A stretch of 64,000 bases of DNA from Escherichia coli. Its GTDB lineage: Bacteria > Pseudomonadota > Gammaproteobacteria > Enterobacterales > Enterobacteriaceae. The translations under genes and the position numbers were made by a program. This document shows, piece after piece, positions 60,980 through 64,000 of this stretch. Each line of letters opens with the position of its first letter. The first letter of the stretch is position 1. Below the pieces are notes generated by a model, which was not told the origin of the DNA, made no database searches, and saw nothing but the letters and a program-made list of their open reading frames with translations. The DNA lies in NCBI RefSeq assembly GCF_048403405.1, contig NZ_CP183129.1. The stretch is one strand, 5' to 3'.

Positions 60980-62022
60980 AAAAATGGTCACGCCACCTGC
61001 TCGCGGCGGGTGCTCTGGCACTGGGCATGAGCGCCGCTCACGCCGATGACAACAACACGCTGTATTTCTACAACTGGACCGAGTACGTGCCGCCAGGACT
61101 GCTTGAGCAGTTCACCAAAGAAACCGGTATTAAGGTTATCTATTCGACTTACGAGTCGAACGAAACCATGTACGCGAAGCTGAAAACGTACAAAGACGGT
61201 GCCTATGACCTGGTGGTTCCTTCAACCTATTACGTCGATAAAATGCGTAAAGAAGGGATGATCCAGAAGATCGACAAGTCGAAGTTAAGCAACTTCAGCA
61301 ACCTCGATCCAGACATGCTCAACAAGCCGTTTGACCCGAATAACGACTACTCCATTCCGTATATCTGGGGGGCGACGGCGATTGGCGTTAACGGTGATGC
61401 GGTAGATCCGAAATCCGTTACCAGCTGGGCCGATCTGTGGAAGCCTGAGTACAAAGGCAGCCTGCTGCTGACCGACGATGCCCGTGAAGTGTTCCAGATG
61501 GCGCTGCGCAAACTGGGCTACTCCGGTAACACTACCGATCCGAAAGAGATTGAAGCTGCATATAACGAGTTGAAAAAACTGATGCCAAACGTCGCGGCGT
61601 TTAACTCCGATAACCCCGCTAACCCGTATATGGAAGGCGAAGTTAACCTCGGCATGATCTGGAACGGTTCTGCTTTCGTTGCACGCCAGGCGGGTACGCC
61701 AATTGATGTGGTGTGGCCGAAAGAAGGCGGCATTTTCTGGATGGACAGCCTGGCGATCCCGGCAAATGCCAAAAACAAAGAAGGCGCGCTGAAATTGATC
61801 AACTTCCTGCTGCGCCCGGATGTGGCAAAACAGGTTGCAGAAACTATCGGTTATCCAACGCCAAACCTTGCGGCGCGTAAGCTGTTAAGTCCGGAAGTGG
61901 CGAACGATAAAACGCTCTACCCGGATGCTGAAACCATTAAAAATGGTGAATGGCAGAATGACGTTGGCGCAGCCAGCAGCATTTATGAAGAGTATTATCA
62001 GAAGCTGAAAGCAGGACGTTAA
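60976..62022 (+). CDS. potD: spermidine/putrescine periplasmic binding protein PotD
   Basis: 348-aa ORF with signal peptide, SBP family. Confidence 0.9.
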   Translation: MKKWSRHLLAAGALALGMSAAHADDNNTLYFYNWTEYVPPGLLEQFTKETGIKVIYSTYESNETMYAKLKTYKDGAYDLVVPSTYYVDKMRKEGMIQKIDKSKLSNFSNLDPDMLNKPFDPNNDYSIPYIWGATAIGVNGDAVDPKSVTSWADLWKPEYKGSLLLTDDAREVFQMALRKLGYSGNTTDPKEIEAAYNELKKLMPNVAAFNSDNPANPYMEGEVNLGMIWNGSAFVARQAGTPIDVVWPKEGGIFWMDSLAIPANAKNKEGALKLINFLLRPDVAKQVAETIGYPTPNLAARKLLSPEVANDKTLYPDAETIKNGEWQNDVGAASSIYEEYYQKLKAGR

Positions 62023-62079
62023 TTCAGCAAGCGGGCGGTGGTATTACCGCCCGTTTTTTATTTAGCAAGGATGTGGCTA

Positions 62080-62541
62080 ATGAGTCAGGACAGTAGAGTT
62101 TTCTTTCGTATATTCCTCGGTATCGGTCTGGTACTGATCCTCATTTCTGTTGTTGTCTTTTATAACCAGTTCACCTATAGCAAAGACGCGATTCATACTG
62201 AAGGCGTCATTGTTGATACCGTCTGGCACTCCAGTCATTCTCATCGCACGGGTAAAAATGGTTCGTGGTATCCCGTCGTTGCCTTTCGTCCAACGCCAGA
62301 TTACACGCTAATTTTCAATTCGAGTATTGGCAGCGATTTTTATGAAGACAGCGAAGGCGATAAAGTTAATGTTTATTATTCTCCAGGACATCCTGAAAAG
62401 GCTGAGATAAATAACCCGTGGGTTAATTTTTTTAAATGGGGATTTATCGGCATTATGGGCGTTATTTTTATCTCCGTCGGTTTATTAATCAGTATGCCCT
62501 ACTCTAAAAAGACACGCAGGAAACGGAAGTCCCGCCCATGA
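62080..62541 (+). CDS. ymfA: inner membrane protein YmfA (DUF3592-like)
   Basis: Start at internal ATG (MSQDSRV) gives 153 aa; two TM segments flanking a beta-rich domain. Confidence 0.75.
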   Translation: MSQDSRVFFRIFLGIGLVLILISVVVFYNQFTYSKDAIHTEGVIVDTVWHSSHSHRTGKNGSWYPVVAFRPTPDYTLIFNSSIGSDFYEDSEGDKVNVYYSPGHPEKAEINNPWVNFFKWGFIGIMGVIFISVGLLISMPYSKKTRRKRKSRP

Positions 62542-63323
62542 AAAAAATCATATTATTGCTCAGTTTACTGATACTCCTGCCTCTGACGGCAACCAGTAAT
62601 CCATTGATTCCAATAATGAAGACTCTTTTTACAGATGTTACAGGTACTGTACCAGATGCTGAAGAGATCGCGCATAAAGCCGAGCTTTTTCGCCAACAAA
62701 CCGGGATTGCGCCGTTTATCGTGGTTGTACCTGGCGTTAATGAAGCAAGCTTCAGGCAAAATGGCAAAGCGATGCTGGCGCATGCGTCATCTTCATTGAG
62801 TGATGTAAAAGGCAGCGTCCTGTTACTTTTTACCACCCGCGAGCCACGGTTAATTATGATAACCAACGGCCAGGTTGAAAGCGGTCTGGACGATAAACAT
62901 CTCGGCCTTCTGGTAGAAAATCACACTCAGGCTTATTTACATGCGGACCTCTGGTATCAGGGAATCAATAATGCATTGGCTGTTTTACAAGCACAGATAT
63001 TAAAACAACCGACGCCGCCACTGACATATTATCCGCATCCCGGACAACAGCAGGAGAATGATCCTCCCGGCAGTACCACGATATTAGGTCTTTTTGCCTG
63101 GGCAGTTGCATTCATCGTCTTTACTGCATTTTTTTACTACACGACGCGCCTTAATTATGCATTAAAGTTTGCAGTGGCGATGACTATTGCCAATATGGGT
63201 TATCAGGCTTTATGCCTGTATATCGATAATAGCTTTGCGATTACCAGAATATCGCCACTCTGGGCAGGACTGATTGGTGTCTGTACGTTTATTGCCGCGT
63301 TGTTATTGACGAGTAAACGGTAA
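62538..63323 (+). CDS. ycfZ: inner membrane protein YcfZ
   Basis: 261-aa ORF with signal/TM segment and C-terminal TM helices; synteny. Confidence 0.8.
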   Translation: MKKIILLLSLLILLPLTATSNPLIPIMKTLFTDVTGTVPDAEEIAHKAELFRQQTGIAPFIVVVPGVNEASFRQNGKAMLAHASSSLSDVKGSVLLLFTTREPRLIMITNGQVESGLDDKHLGLLVENHTQAYLHADLWYQGINNALAVLQAQILKQPTPPLTYYPHPGQQQENDPPGSTTILGLFAWAVAFIVFTAFFYYTTRLNYALKFAVAMTIANMGYQALCLYIDNSFAITRISPLWAGLIGVCTFIAALLLTSKR

Positions 63324-63339
63324 AAGAGGCAGTAAAGTG

Positions 63340-63440
63340 TGCGTCTATTATGCCGGAGGCGGCGTAAACGCCTTATCCGGCCCACAAACCCGCAAATTCA
63401 ATTAATTGCGTCCCCTTGTAGGCCTGATAAGCGTAGCACA
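63340..63440. repeat. REP/BIME palindromic elements
   Basis: GCCGGAGGCGGCGTAAACGCCTTATCCGGCC and GTAGGCCTGATAAGCGTAGCACATCAGGC resemble REP consensus. Confidence 0.5.
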
Positions 63441-63459
63441 TCAGGCAATTCTTCCCGCT

Positions 63460-64000
63460 TTATAAGCCCTTCAGCAACTTTTCAACAAACTCTGGCACCA
63501 CCTGGCTTGCCGGGCCGTAATATTTCTCGGCAAATTCATTACCGACCTGGCTTGGTTCAAGATTCAGTTCCACGGTGTGCGCGCCATGCAGTTTCGCTTC
63601 GTGAACAAACCCAGCTGCCGGATAAACATGCCCGGAAGTACCAATGGCAATGAAAATATCGGCCATCGACAACGCCATATAAATTTCATCCATGCCGAGT
63701 GGCATTTCGCCAAACCAAACGACGTGCGGGCGCAAGGGCGCCGGGAACTGGCAACAATGGCATTTATCTTCTGGCGTAACGTCTCCGGTCCAGTCGAGAA
63801 CCTGACCACTTTGCGAACAGCGAACTTTCAGCAGTTCCCCATGCATATGAATGACATTGGTATTACCTGCGCGTTCATGCAGGTTGTCGATATTCTGCGT
63901 CACCAGCAAAAAGCGATCGCCGAGGGCGTCTTGCAGTTTAGCCAGCGCAAGATGCGCGGCGTTAGGCTGAATTTCTGGCTGCTGTAGCTGTCGACGACGG
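63460..64000 (-). CDS. cobB: NAD-dependent protein deacylase CobB (sirtuin), 5' end beyond window
   Basis: C-terminal sirtuin sequence with zinc-binding Cys pairs (CSQSG ... CHCC) and NAD-binding motifs; ORF continues to window edge. Confidence 0.8.
   Translation of the reverse strand, partial: RRRQLQQPEIQPNAAHLALAKLQDALGDRFLLVTQNIDNLHERAGNTNVIHMHGELLKVRCSQSGQVLDWTGDVTPEDKCHCCQFPAPLRPHVVWFGEMPLGMDEIYMALSMADIFIAIGTSGHVYPAAGFVHEAKLHGAHTVELNLEPSQVGNEFAEKYYGPASQVVPEFVEKLLKGL

Overview
The window is E. coli-type chromosome (rluE-nudJ-mnmA-hflD-purB-phoPQ-roxA, convergent pepT, potAB ... potCD-ymfA-ycfZ-cobB) interrupted by a roughly 48.4-kb lambda-like prophage (about 11723-60162) integrated into the 3' end of potB. 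A 14-bp core is duplicated at 11709-11722 and 60163-60176, and the native potB end survives next to potC. The prophage has a lambda-type head/tail module (Nu1-A-W-B-C-D-E-FI-FII-Z-U-V-G/T-H-M-L-K-I-J-lom-stf-tfa) and a lambda-identical cos site; a Qin/P21-like late region (Q-like antiterminator, RusA, DUF968-like, hok-type toxin, pinholin + SAR endolysin + Rz/Rz1); O/P-like replication genes with iterons; and a Qin-like dicA/dicC immunity region followed by a dicB-type operon (ydfA-like, DicF-like sRNA, dicB-like, ydfD-like), a large RecE-like/DEDDh exonuclease, xis and int. I could not identify one confirmed novel system from sequence alone. The best candidates are uncharacterised cargo at classic moron positions: an outer-membrane lipoprotein with a TonB C-terminal-like domain and a divergent two-gene unit (secreted Cys-rich peptide + small ORF) between Rz and cos; a 296-aa ORF inserted between holin and endolysin; a promoter-terminator unit (candidate sRNA) in an I-J spacer; a 128-aa ORF and a Rha-family gene inserted into the dicB operon; and paralogous nin-region proteins flanking an HNH nuclease. 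No CRISPR array, rRNA or tRNA was found. All family assignments are from reading the translations and recalled motifs, not database searches; hand-indexed site coordinates may be off by 1-2 nt.
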